A stretch of DNA of 64,000 nt from Candidatus Cloacimonadales bacterium. Its GTDB lineage: Bacteria; Cloacimonadota; Cloacimonadia; Cloacimonadales; DAONDQ01. The notes under the pieces are model-generated. The model did no database searches, had not been told where the DNA came from, and saw nothing but the letters and a program-made list of their open reading frames with translations. How positions within the stretch are numbered: the first letter of the stretch is position 1; each line of letters begins with the position of its first letter. The position numbers were made by a program, and so were the translations under genes. Of this stretch, positions 29,286 to 39,620 are shown one piece after another. The stretch lies in contig OY759316.1 of NCBI GenBank assembly GCA_963662275.1, forward strand, positions 3,200,001-3,264,000, written 5' to 3'.

Positions 29286-30290
29286 TTATGGAGTCTCAAC
29301 TCCGACAGCTTTCCTTAACCTGGAAAGAGTTTGAGATGCTACTTCTCGAGCTTGTTCTGAACCTTTCTTTAACAAGCCATCAATGTAAACATGATCACTA
29401 ATGATTGCATCATATCTTTCCCGTAGAGGTTTCAGATGCTCATTCATCACTTCAAACAATTCCTGCTTTGCATGACCCCAACCCATTCCTCCAGCCAAGT
29501 AACGTTGTTGCAGAGCTTCAATCTGATCTGGTGTCCCAAACAATTTATAGAGGGAGAAGATACTGCTTTCCTCTGGGTCTTTGGCTTCTTCGAGAGTCTG
29601 GGAATTCGTCACGATCTTCATCAATGTCTTTCTCAATTCTTTTTCAGGAAGGAAGATTGGAATTGCGTTATTATAACTCTTACTCATTTTACGACCATCA
29701 AGACCAACTACGGTTGCAGTTTCTTTTGTCGCCAGCGGTGCTGGAATCTTCAGTAAAGGAGCCTGGTAGTTAAAATTGATACTCTCGGCAATATCCGAAG
29801 CCATTTCAAGATGCTGGAACTGATCTTTTCCGACAGGTACCACATCTGTATCAAAAAGAAGAATGTCTGCAGCCATGAGAACAGGATATGTGAACAGACC
29901 CATGTTTACATCTTCATCAATGTCTTTACCTGTTTCTTTATTTGACTGTACCATTGCTTTATAAGCATGAGCTCGATTCATCAAACCTTTCGGTGTAAAT
30001 GCCATGAGAATGATTGCCAATTCAAATGTCTCAGGAACAGCAGATTGCTTATAGAATAGCATAGTATTGGGATCAAGACCGCATGCTAACCAGGCTGCGG
30101 CTATTTCATAGATCATTTGACGCATAACTTCAGGATCGCGTACTTGGTTTAGGGCATGATAATCTGCGATAAAATACCTGGCTTCATATTCTTTAGCCAA
30201 TTCTATAGCAGGACGTATCGCACCGACATAATTTCCAATATGCGGAACACCTGTTGGTTTGATTCCGGTTAAAGCTATCTTTCGTGACAT
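29286..30290 (-). CDS. trpS: Tryptophan--tRNA ligase
   Basis: TGIKPTGVPHIGN, YPVLMAADIL, VPVGKDQ, KMSKS. Confidence 0.98.
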   Translation of the reverse strand: MSRKIALTGIKPTGVPHIGNYVGAIRPAIELAKEYEARYFIADYHALNQVRDPEVMRQMIYEIAAAWLACGLDPNTMLFYKQSAVPETFELAIILMAFTPKGLMNRAHAYKAMVQSNKETGKDIDEDVNMGLFTYPVLMAADILLFDTDVVPVGKDQFQHLEMASDIAESINFNYQAPLLKIPAPLATKETATVVGLDGRKMSKSYNNAIPIFLPEKELRKTLMKIVTNSQTLEEAKDPEESSIFSLYKLFGTPDQIEALQQRYLAGGMGWGHAKQELFEVMNEHLKPLRERYDAIISDHVYIDGLLKKGSEQAREVASQTLSRLRKAVGVETP

Positions 30291-30308
30291 TTATTCTCCC
30301 TTTGAAGA

Positions 30309-30717
30309 AGGTTCTAGGTTCTAGGTTCTAGGTGCTAGGTGTTAGGTGCTAGGTGCAGAGAAGAACTAAGGTTTGGAGTTCAAATTTCCAGCGAATCTAA
30401 TACGACTTCTCAAATAGAAGGAAATTCGGACTTTACATGAAAGCTAAGAGTTTGGAGTTCAATTTCCCAAGCAAAACTATCAATTACCACCTGGTTAAAA
30501 GGGAAATTGGACTTCAAACCGACATTTTCATCCTCGGTAGCGAAAATCCTTTTCAGGGAAGTTCAAACCATCTTTGGAAAAGAGAAGAGCAGAATCAAAC
30601 TCTCCCCTACCCCTCCCTTTATCCAAAGGGAGGGAGATAAGTCTCTATTTATCTTCTTCCTAGTACCTAACACCTAGCACCTAGTACCTAGCCACTAACA
30701 CCTAGCACCTAGCACCT
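30309..30717. repeat. Inverted heptamer arrays (30309-30356, 30659-30717) enclosing family B and family A repeats
   Basis: (AGGTKCT)n ... (CCTAGCA)n, with a family B copy and a family A hairpin between. Confidence 0.85.
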
Positions 30718-30741
30718 TCTGCAATTTTTTATTCTCTGCTG

Positions 30742-32049
30742 CTACTTCGTACTTCGCACTTCGAACTTCGCACTTCCTATGAGGTCATATTCCCAATGAT
30801 CGATGATCTCAAGTTTAACGATCTCACCTGGCTTGTATTTCCCTTTTGGAATGTATACTTTTCCGTCAATATCAGGGGCATCGAAATAGGTTCTTCCCAT
30901 CCATTGATATTCAGGTAATTCGCTTTTTCCGTCAATGATTACATCCAGTTTTTTACCAACAAATGAAGATAAGAATTCTGCTGAGATTTCTTGTTGAATC
31001 TGCATCAATTCATCTTTTCTTTTCTGCGCCATTTTCTTTGGGACAGGATGGGATTTCTTAGCAGCCGTTGTTCCTTCTTCTGAAGAATATGTGAAGATGC
31101 CTAATCTTCCGAATTTCTGTTCGCAAATGAACTGCTTCAATTCTTCAAAATGCTTCTCTGTCTCTCCGGGGAAACCTACTAACAGAGTGGTTCTCAGCAC
31201 TGCTCCTGGTATCTTTGTGCGAATCGTATCCAGCATATCAGTGATATTCTTTTTCGAATTACCACGATTCATACTTTTCAGAATTGTATCACTGATGTGC
31301 TGGATTGGTATTTCGAAGTACTTGCAAATCTTTGGTAAGCCGGCAATCGTATCAACCAACTGTTCCGTGATTCGATTCGGATGAAGATAGAGCAAGCGTA
31401 TCCATTGAATTCCCTCGATTTTATGCAGTTCTGTCAATAATCCGGGTAAACGTGATTCACCATACAGGTCTTCCCCATAGCGAGTGGTATCTTGGGCAGT
31501 CAGGATTAATTCTTTTACACCTTTATCAGCTAAAGATTGTGTTTCTTTCACTAATTGTTCAATTGATACACTCGTCAGACATCCGCGAATGGAAGGAATA
31601 GCACAATAACTGCACCAGTTATTGCAGCCATCGCTGATTCGAAGATAGGCATAATGACCAGGTGTCAGCAGCTTACGAGGAAAACCGCAATCAATGACTT
31701 CGGGAAAGAGGGTTTCAAAATTAGAGAAATCCTTCAGATCAATCCAATCATCCACTTCTGGAATCAACTTTTCGAGTTCTTCCCGATATCTCTTCACAAG
31801 ACAACCGGTCACAACAAGTCGTCTATTTTTGCCGTCATCTTTCCATGCTGCAGATTCAATGATTGTCTGTATCGCTTCTTCCCTCGCATCATTGATGAAA
31901 CCGCAGGTATTGATGATGATCATATCTGCCAGACTCTCGTCATCCGTATAGAAATAACCATGTGCTTCCGTGATACCGGCAAAAATCTCACTATCAATAA
32001 GATTCTTTGAGCATCCTAAGCTGATGATGTGATAGTACTTTTGTTCCAT
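30742..32049 (-). CDS. rimO: Ribosomal protein S12 methylthiotransferase
   Basis: SLGCSKNLIDSE, NTCGFI, radical-SAM motif CNNWCSYC, APDIDG TRAM domain. Confidence 0.96.
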   Translation of the reverse strand: MEQKYYHIISLGCSKNLIDSEIFAGITEAHGYFYTDDESLADMIIINTCGFINDAREEAIQTIIESAAWKDDGKNRRLVVTGCLVKRYREELEKLIPEVDDWIDLKDFSNFETLFPEVIDCGFPRKLLTPGHYAYLRISDGCNNWCSYCAIPSIRGCLTSVSIEQLVKETQSLADKGVKELILTAQDTTRYGEDLYGESRLPGLLTELHKIEGIQWIRLLYLHPNRITEQLVDTIAGLPKICKYFEIPIQHISDTILKSMNRGNSKKNITDMLDTIRTKIPGAVLRTTLLVGFPGETEKHFEELKQFICEQKFGRLGIFTYSSEEGTTAAKKSHPVPKKMAQKRKDELMQIQQEISAEFLSSFVGKKLDVIIDGKSELPEYQWMGRTYFDAPDIDGKVYIPKGKYKPGEIVKLEIIDHWEYDLIGSAKFEVRSTK

Positions 32050-32056
32050 TCAATCC

Positions 32057-33304
32057 TTAAGATAATAAATGAATGAACAGACCCGAGCGAAGTTTCGGTT
32101 CAAACCAGGTGGATTTGGGAGGCATGATCTCACCTGCATCTGCGATATCCATCAATTCATCCATTGAAGTTGGATACATGGCAAATGCTACCGCATCACG
32201 ACCGGAATCAACTCGTTTTTGCAATTCTTCTAATCCACGTATGCCACCTACAAAGTCAATTCTCTTTTCAGTACGCGGATCGTGTATTGCCAAAAGAGGT
32301 TCAAGCAGATTATCCTGCAATATAGAGACATCCAGGGATTTCACAGGGCTATGCGTAGGATATGTGCCTTTCTTGGCAGAAACGCAATACCACATACCAT
32401 GCAAGTACATCCCGAATTCATGTGTCTTCTGAGGATGATAAGGTTTGACTTTGCTGTATTCTTCAATGTTAAATTGCTTTTCTATGAGATTGATGAATTC
32501 CTGTACTGAATGACCATTCAAATCTTTCACAATACGATTATAATCCATAATCTTCAATTGGTTATCCGGAAAGATCACAGCCATGAAAAAGTTATATTCT
32601 TCCTGCCCGGTATAACCAGGATGCTGTTCCCTGCGAAGTTCACCAACCCTAACTGCAGAAGCAGTACGATGATGACCATCTGCAACATACAGATAATTCA
32701 TTTCTGAAAAAGCCTTTTGAATTGCAGCAATATCTTTTTCCTCTGACATCAGCCATAATGTATGGGCAACACCATCATCGGATACAAAATCATATGCAGG
32801 TTCGTCTTGGGCTATTCTGTTCACGATTGTATCTATGTCATCACGATGACGATAAGTAAAGAAGACCGGACTTGAATGTGCATCACAGGTATCCACATGC
32901 TTGATTCTGTCAGCTTCTTTTTCCTTACGTGTCAGTTCATGTTTTTTGATGGTTCCGTCCAGGTATTCATCCACAGAAGTGCAGCCGACAAGACCAAACT
33001 GCGCATGACCATTCATGATCTGGCGATAGATATAGAACATAGGCTTTTCGTCTTGAACCATAAGCCCTTTTTCTAAATAATTATATAAATTCTCTTTTGC
33101 TTTCTGATAGACTTTTTCATCATAAAGACTGATATCACGAGGAAGATCAACTTCAGGCTTTTCCACATGTATGAAACTAATCGGATTTTTCTTCACTTCA
33201 ACACGGGCTTCATCTGAATCCATGACATCATAGGGTAAAGAGGCAATTTCTTTGGCTTTATCCGGTATCGGTCTAACGGCTTTAAAAGGATGGAAAGTAG
33301 CCAT
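32057..33304 (-). CDS. DUF1015 family protein
   Basis: LPYDV, IKKHELT, YVADGHHR, MPPKSTWFEPKLRSGL. Confidence 0.9.
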   Translation of the reverse strand: MATFHPFKAVRPIPDKAKEIASLPYDVMDSDEARVEVKKNPISFIHVEKPEVDLPRDISLYDEKVYQKAKENLYNYLEKGLMVQDEKPMFYIYRQIMNGHAQFGLVGCTSVDEYLDGTIKKHELTRKEKEADRIKHVDTCDAHSSPVFFTYRHRDDIDTIVNRIAQDEPAYDFVSDDGVAHTLWLMSEEKDIAAIQKAFSEMNYLYVADGHHRTASAVRVGELRREQHPGYTGQEEYNFFMAVIFPDNQLKIMDYNRIVKDLNGHSVQEFINLIEKQFNIEEYSKVKPYHPQKTHEFGMYLHGMWYCVSAKKGTYPTHSPVKSLDVSILQDNLLEPLLAIHDPRTEKRIDFVGGIRGLEELQKRVDSGRDAVAFAMYPTSMDELMDIADAGEIMPPKSTWFEPKLRSGLFIHLLS

Positions 33305-33527
33305 GTGAATCTCCTTGAATGTTTTATTTCAAACACACTGGTGAGAGGTTTTCATGTCAAATGATTTTAGTTAGCCTGGGATATACTGCTTTGAGTTGAT
33401 TCTTCATAGCATCGACTAATCATTAGTGTTTTTAAGTTATGGCTTGATCTGTTTTGCATGAAAAGGCAACTGCCTATACTAGGAATTAAATGATAAATTC
33501 AAGTCTGATTCTGATATTGAATATATG

Positions 33528-33558
33528 AAACGGGCTACCCAAAATGAGTAACCCGTTT
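33528..33558 (-). terminator. Probable terminator after the C25 peptidase operon
   Basis: AAACGGG-CTAC...GTAA-CCCGTTT stem-loop about 35 bp past the stop. Confidence 0.5.
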
Positions 33559-33594
33559 ATTTCTCTAATCTCTAGTCTCTATCCCCTTCTGGCA

Positions 33595-36500
33595 CTATTT
33601 CAGCAATAGCATCTTATGAGCTAAGCTCTTTCCGGGAGTTTCCAAATTATAAAAATACACTCCCGATGCCACTTTTCTGCCATTATTATCATCTCCGTTC
33701 CATTTGACTTTATGATAACCCTGATCCATACTTCCATTAACCAATTGTTTAACCAATTGTCCCTTAATGTTATAGATATTCAGATTCACCTTTGAGCTTT
33801 TTGATAGACCAAATCTGATCGTAGTTTCAGGATTGAAAGGGTTGGGATAGTTCTGGTCTAGACATTCTTTTTCAGGAATTTGAGGTGTGGAATTAGATGA
33901 AGTTTTGAACAACAAACTTAACAGATGATCTGTACTTTGCTGCCAAGCTTCGAAACTTCTCGGTTTAAATTTAGCCATTCTACCAATGTATCCTGATTTA
34001 TCCCCATTCGCATCAATGGCTAGATACACGTCACCAAGATTAATCACTGCAAATACTGAATCAGCTAATGAAGGAGGATTGGATATTACATTTTCATAGA
34101 AAGCAATTGCCTCAGGATAATTTCCCATACGTATATCACAGAAATTAGACAAGTAATTTGTGATGAAATCAATTTCAGGGGCTATATGAAGACTGTCTTC
34201 CGTGTTATAATAGGTTTTCAGCGACAAATAATCAGGAATTCTCTTGCTAATACCTTTAAGTTTATCTTCAATACGAAGAAGAGCTTTTTCAGCTAAAATA
34301 ACATATGTCGATTTTGGAAAATTATGAATGATTTCTTTATATTCGAGACGTGCTTCATCAAATTCTTTTGTCATTTCGTGATCATATGCTTTCTTGTAGA
34401 GTTCTCCTACCATATCGCTTTCAACTATTTGATCATCATTAGGAATCCATTCGTGGTCATAATTAAACCATTCAGGCGGACTAAAATCAGTTGCAGGATT
34501 AAACGTACTACCCCAAAAATTAGAACCTAGATTTATTGGAGTGATATTTGTGGGGAGAGGATCATCATTATAAGTAAATAGTTTAACACAAGGTATATTA
34601 TGATCTTCAGATTCGACACAATTATAAATCATATATTCCGGTATAGAATCCAGAGTAAATCCAACTTGGTAAAAGTCACTCAATTGAACTTTCTGATATG
34701 GCAGATTATCGGGATCACCTCTAAGAGTCCAATTAGAATAATTTTGTCCTGAAACTCCAATCCCATTGGCAATTATTTGGTTGTTATCACCAATTGTGGC
34801 ATTAGATTGTATAAGATTAACGCCATTGGAATAATTGTATTCGATTTCATTATTTTCTATAAAATTCATTCCTGAGTTTCCGCTATATTCAATATTGAGT
34901 CCAGTATGATTATTATAGAATTTGTTGTTAAATATCTGATAACTTGGTATGTGATTCAAATAAATGGCATCCCCTTCATAATCGTGTATATAGCACCTTT
35001 CAACATCCAGATAGATCATCTGGTCATTCCCGGAAGATCGGCTGTCAATTCTGCTTTTGTTGAAATCACATCCAATAACATAGGCTATGCAATCAGTAAG
35101 AGTTAAATCTGAATTTAAGTTAGGTGAAGAGTTATTGTTAAATTCAAAATCGCTATTTTCCAAATCAAGACTTCCAGAAACACTTAATGGAGAATTAAAA
35201 TAATTCCCATTGTGTATTTCTACTCTACATTTTTTTAGAACGGTAGTACTATGTGCTATGTTGTTACCTGTAAACTGAAGAAGAGAATTTGACCCTTTTA
35301 TCTCTGCATTGGTAAAGCTGCATTCAGTCAAAGCAACAGCACTCTCATTGATTGTTAAGGCAGCAGAATCAAAAAGCGTACCATTAATACTACTTGAAGT
35401 ATTCTGCAGAAATAAGCCATCCCATGGATGGTTAGGAGTTGATTTGAAAGCTGCATTTATGCCAATAACTAATTCACCGGATACGATGATTCTATCACCA
35501 ATTACAATTCTATCATTCATTAAAACAGAGGCTTCGGAACCTGTAATTATAGAATTAGGAGAAATTGTCAGAGTTCCGTCTACCGTGATATTACTTCTAT
35601 GAACTAGATTGATCATGCCTGTTAGTGTAAGTGATGAACCTTCAGGGACAAACATATGTGTATCCAGATTAAGAATCTCATTTTGCGGGGAAGTGATCAC
35701 TATTTCACCTAATGCCACCTGCATCATATCAGGAATGTAATTATGCTTGTTAGCAGTGACTTTTGAATAACTAAGAGTTGTAATTGCGATACCCTCAGAA
35801 CTAGTTTGTACAATCCTTTTTTGTGTGTTGCTTTGAAAAACAACTGTTGCATTTGCTACATTAGCTCCATTTTGATCTTGAACCAATATTGTTGAGAAAT
35901 CAATAAATGAAATCACTAAACGATTAGGGACAGCAGACCATATATCCATATCCGGGTCACCTATATAGACCAGGCTATGGCGTGCATTTGTATATCCAGA
36001 ACTAAGTCTGGCAGCAGCAAAACTAGCTCCTCCATTCCAAGGATCGGCATTCTGAAATTGTTCTAAAACATGAGACGCAAATAGATTTTGGAGAAAACAA
36101 TTTTCCCAAAGATCACCCTTCATTCCTTCTCTGGTATTGCCAATATAAAGTGGTCCTCCAATTTCATGTTGAAATGACGTAAAAGCTTCTGCCATAGAAG
36201 GAAAACCACTTTCAGGATTATTGGGAATATTCCAGTCCCATTGAGCTGTGTCGCAACTGCTGGCAATAAAAATAGGATAACTCTCGTTTGGCTCGCTTAG
36301 ATCATCAAGTCCGTTAAAAGATTCATTTCCAATTTGATAAGAAGGGATGTTATAACGATCCAGGGAAGTTATGTAATTGCGGAACAATTCATCTCCCTGA
36401 GGTTGTGTTAAATTCGTAGGCCATGCAGCAATTGCCATTCGAGCTTTATTTCCATGGCAATTCAAGTCTATAATTCCAGGATATGATGACATGTCAGTAA

Positions 36501-37953
36501 TTATGTTCCTTCCGTAGGGTGTTAAATTACCGCCTTCTTCATAAATCGGTGTCCCGGGGATTAGTTCTCCATCATATGAACTTGAAGCGTCATGAGTATT
36601 GATTTGTGAAAAACCGTGGCTTAATAATGTCCTTGCTCCTGATCCGTTTGCTGCAAGAGATGCAGCAAGATAAAAGAAATTGCTCAAGTATCCAGCCCTG
36701 CCATTTCCCGGATTTTTTTCATATGCTAATACTTTTTCCACCCAATTTCTGATTGCATCATGACGGGTAGGGGAACCTGCCGGTGCATTCAATGTTGGCG
36801 GAATAATCAGCCTGCCGATAAACAGTTCCTGCGCATAATCTATGTTGTCATTATTTTGAGTATATCCATCTGGATTACTAAATTCTCCATAATAAGGATC
36901 ATTATTCCCATTCCAATCCCCATTAAAATCTGCGAAATACAAATCGGAAGGAATATGATTGAATTCCGGTTCACCGGGAACTTGTAAGAAACCCATATCA
37001 ATTGCTTTTCTTAATGGCGTGGAGCTATCAATACTGCCTACCATCAGGACATTGGCTAACCCGTGATGAAGCCATTGATATTCCAGGAATTTCCTGACTT
37101 TGCCAGCCGGATCATTGATGACATGAGATGATATGTCATCACCGCCTAGATTAGCAGCATAGATTTGATCATAAGTTAATACTCTCACGACATTACCTTT
37201 TTGTTCCTTCCAGTTAATAAAATCATCAAAGTAATTTTCAGTAGTGTGCGGACAGATGATCAGATAATTATAATAATTCGCATATTGTGGTAAGTGAGGG
37301 TCAACACAGAGTTCTGGAGTATTTCTATATAAATCAATATCTCCGGGATTACTCACTGAATTATACAGGTAAGCTTCATATTTGGGAATATCAACAGCAA
37401 AACGTGCCAGTGGATATACAGGTTGCATTGTTGAAGAAACAAGGTTAAGAGTGATTGAAATACTGGATACCATTACCAGTTTTTGTGATAGCGGATGATA
37501 GAGCAATGGATTGATTTCTATGGTCACAATATGGTTAGCGCCATCTATAAAACCATGCGATACCACTTTTGCATAACAATTTGGATACAAGGCATTGGAA
37601 TTGTAAATTAATGAATCCGGATTTGTGAAAACAGTACTCATTTCGTTATCATATCCCATGGTCTGTAAAGGTGCAACGTTATATGTACCAGATATAGAAA
37701 GTGTATCAGCTATGATATTTAAGCTGCCCACCTCCTGTTCCTTTGGAATGATTAAGTTAATGATCCGAACAGGTAATTTCGGACTCCCGACAACTGACGT
37801 TTGAGAACAGTTCTTCATTGAGATTTCTACAAAGTTACTTGATCTTGATGATGCGCTAACATCATTCCAGGTGAATGTTTCTGAATGAGACACGGCGTTC
37901 AGGTTCAAGAATACTAACGCCAGGAATAAAATAGTTAGAATTGTTGGTTTCAT
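33595..37953 (-). CDS. Secreted C25 (gingipain-like) cysteine peptidase with propeptide, beta-helix, TPR-like region and FlgD-Ig/T9SS tail
   Basis: GSPKLP propeptide, FINWKEQKG, SDLYFAD, IGRL, putative catalytic CHG and SSC, GDP, NYPNPFNP tail. Confidence 0.85.
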   Translation of the reverse strand: MKPTILTILFLALVFLNLNAVSHSETFTWNDVSASSRSSNFVEISMKNCSQTSVVGSPKLPVRIINLIIPKEQEVGSLNIIADTLSISGTYNVAPLQTMGYDNEMSTVFTNPDSLIYNSNALYPNCYAKVVSHGFIDGANHIVTIEINPLLYHPLSQKLVMVSSISITLNLVSSTMQPVYPLARFAVDIPKYEAYLYNSVSNPGDIDLYRNTPELCVDPHLPQYANYYNYLIICPHTTENYFDDFINWKEQKGNVVRVLTYDQIYAANLGGDDISSHVINDPAGKVRKFLEYQWLHHGLANVLMVGSIDSSTPLRKAIDMGFLQVPGEPEFNHIPSDLYFADFNGDWNGNNDPYYGEFSNPDGYTQNNDNIDYAQELFIGRLIIPPTLNAPAGSPTRHDAIRNWVEKVLAYEKNPGNGRAGYLSNFFYLAASLAANGSGARTLLSHGFSQINTHDASSSYDGELIPGTPIYEEGGNLTPYGRNIITDMSSYPGIIDLNCHGNKARMAIAAWPTNLTQPQGDELFRNYITSLDRYNIPSYQIGNESFNGLDDLSEPNESYPIFIASSCDTAQWDWNIPNNPESGFPSMAEAFTSFQHEIGGPLYIGNTREGMKGDLWENCFLQNLFASHVLEQFQNADPWNGGASFAAARLSSGYTNARHSLVYIGDPDMDIWSAVPNRLVISFIDFSTILVQDQNGANVANATVVFQSNTQKRIVQTSSEGIAITTLSYSKVTANKHNYIPDMMQVALGEIVITSPQNEILNLDTHMFVPEGSSLTLTGMINLVHRSNITVDGTLTISPNSIITGSEASVLMNDRIVIGDRIIVSGELVIGINAAFKSTPNHPWDGLFLQNTSSSINGTLFDSAALTINESAVALTECSFTNAEIKGSNSLLQFTGNNIAHSTTVLKKCRVEIHNGNYFNSPLSVSGSLDLENSDFEFNNNSSPNLNSDLTLTDCIAYVIGCDFNKSRIDSRSSGNDQMIYLDVERCYIHDYEGDAIYLNHIPSYQIFNNKFYNNHTGLNIEYSGNSGMNFIENNEIEYNYSNGVNLIQSNATIGDNNQIIANGIGVSGQNYSNWTLRGDPDNLPYQKVQLSDFYQVGFTLDSIPEYMIYNCVESEDHNIPCVKLFTYNDDPLPTNITPINLGSNFWGSTFNPATDFSPPEWFNYDHEWIPNDDQIVESDMVGELYKKAYDHEMTKEFDEARLEYKEIIHNFPKSTYVILAEKALLRIEDKLKGISKRIPDYLSLKTYYNTEDSLHIAPEIDFITNYLSNFCDIRMGNYPEAIAFYENVISNPPSLADSVFAVINLGDVYLAIDANGDKSGYIGRMAKFKPRSFEAWQQSTDHLLSLLFKTSSNSTPQIPEKECLDQNYPNPFNPETTIRFGLSKSSKVNLNIYNIKGQLVKQLVNGSMDQGYHKVKWNGDDNNGRKVASGVYFYNLETPGKSLAHKMLLLK

Positions 37954-37970
37954 GGTTCCTCCTTGTTTTT

Positions 37971-39602
37971 TTACTCCGAATAAACTAATTTCGAAGTATA
38001 TTTCTCGTTATCGTTCCCTGTAATTTTTAATAAATATATGCCGTGGCTTAGATGCAGGTCTTTGTTCCCTTTAACGTCCCAAATATATGAATCTGATCTG
38101 ATGTTTTTTTGGTTAAAGACCCTCCTGCCCCTGAGATCAAAGATGCTTATGTCGTAAATTGCCTGCGGTTGTTTATTCAGGAATTTGACATTTACTTTAT
38201 CATGAAATGGATTGGGATAGCATGCAATTGATTTACTTGGAATTGGTTGTGTCTCATCATCATTTCCCACAGAATGTTCCGAAAGAATGGTAGCGAAATT
38301 CACAACAGGTTCAGGTGAGTATTCATTTGAAAATACAAAAAACTCAGGGAATCCATCGTGATTTATGTCTCCAAGATAATAACAATAGCCATATTCATTA
38401 AAAACAAAATCTCCGGAATTCACAAAATCATAATTTAAATCCAAAGCTGAATCATTTTGAGTAAAAACAGAAAAATATCCCAGACGAGGTCCATCAGTCG
38501 TTAATTGATCTTGTTGAACACAAAAATCTATAAATGCATCATCGTTAAAATTACAATAAGATTGCAAATGCCTCCCAATTCGAACAGGGAAAATATTAGA
38601 ATGAATTGACAGAGAATTAAAATCAACTCCTCCATAAATAACGTTCAAAATTGAAGAAGTGGTAGAATAAGATAAATAAGATATGTCATCGAAACTATCT
38701 CCGTTCAAATCACCATTCGCTAATAATTTAGAATCCATCCCTCCATTTATATCATTTCCAATAATCGTTTCAAAAACCGGTATGCTGCTTAGAGTTTCTC
38801 CTCCAGCATAGATATCCAGGATGTAATTATAATTACCTGTTCCAGTAATTGGTACCTGCCTGGTCAGAACTATATCATCATAACCGTCACCATTGATGTC
38901 ACCTGCTGCCAAACCCCTGCCTAAATATTCTCCATCTGCGGTTCCCAGCTTATACCAGGCACAATTAGCACTGAATTGCTGACCTCCAAAAAAGACAAAA
39001 ACAGCTCCAGTATGTATCCCTGATGGTCCGGAACCGCTCACTATTAAATCATCATAACCATCACCATTGAGATTACAACCGGTAATAATATTCCCACCAA
39101 ACCACAAACCCCAACTATCACCGGGATAGTCTGCACCATATAACACAACGTCGGGAGTTTCTGAAATCGAAGTTCCGCCATAATAAATAGAAACAGCTCC
39201 GCTATTATCAGGACCATAGCCAGATGAACTCACCACCAGGTCATCAATGCCGTCACCATTTAAATCACCGGAATATGATAAGGTCGCACCATAATCTCCA
39301 CTTACCTCAGGTGGGGCTATCAGTATCTGATCAGGTACTGAAGCAGCGGTTGGAATTGAATGATAGATATATATTTTCCGATAATTCCCCTCTTCTTCAT
39401 TTAAACAAGAGAATATCAGATCAGGCGTTCCGTCTCCATTGATATCGCCGTTAGCTTCCACATTCGGCATAAAGTCATGCCCCCAGGGACAATTGAAACG
39501 CACAATTTCCTGCAAGGCTGTTTGAGCAAATAAAAGTAGCGGGCAAACAGTGATAAGAAATGACAAAATCAATATTCTATAAAAAAATGTATGCTGTTTC
39601 AT
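37971..39602 (-). CDS. Secreted FG-GAP repeat protein with sorting tail (copy A)
   Basis: Repeated GD(I/L)NGDG.DD motifs; signal peptide; YPNPF tail. Confidence 0.9.
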   Translation of the reverse strand: MKQHTFFYRILILSFLITVCPLLLFAQTALQEIVRFNCPWGHDFMPNVEANGDINGDGTPDLIFSCLNEEEGNYRKIYIYHSIPTAASVPDQILIAPPEVSGDYGATLSYSGDLNGDGIDDLVVSSSGYGPDNSGAVSIYYGGTSISETPDVVLYGADYPGDSWGLWFGGNIITGCNLNGDGYDDLIVSGSGPSGIHTGAVFVFFGGQQFSANCAWYKLGTADGEYLGRGLAAGDINGDGYDDIVLTRQVPITGTGNYNYILDIYAGGETLSSIPVFETIIGNDINGGMDSKLLANGDLNGDSFDDISYLSYSTTSSILNVIYGGVDFNSLSIHSNIFPVRIGRHLQSYCNFNDDAFIDFCVQQDQLTTDGPRLGYFSVFTQNDSALDLNYDFVNSGDFVFNEYGYCYYLGDINHDGFPEFFVFSNEYSPEPVVNFATILSEHSVGNDDETQPIPSKSIACYPNPFHDKVNVKFLNKQPQAIYDISIFDLRGRRVFNQKNIRSDSYIWDVKGNKDLHLSHGIYLLKITGNDNEKYTSKLVYSE

Positions 39603-39620
39603 GGTTCCTCCTTGTAGAAA

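Noticed and set aside
30437..30640. 67-aa plus-strand ORF
   Set aside because: It consists entirely of repeat families A and B and has no protein-like features.
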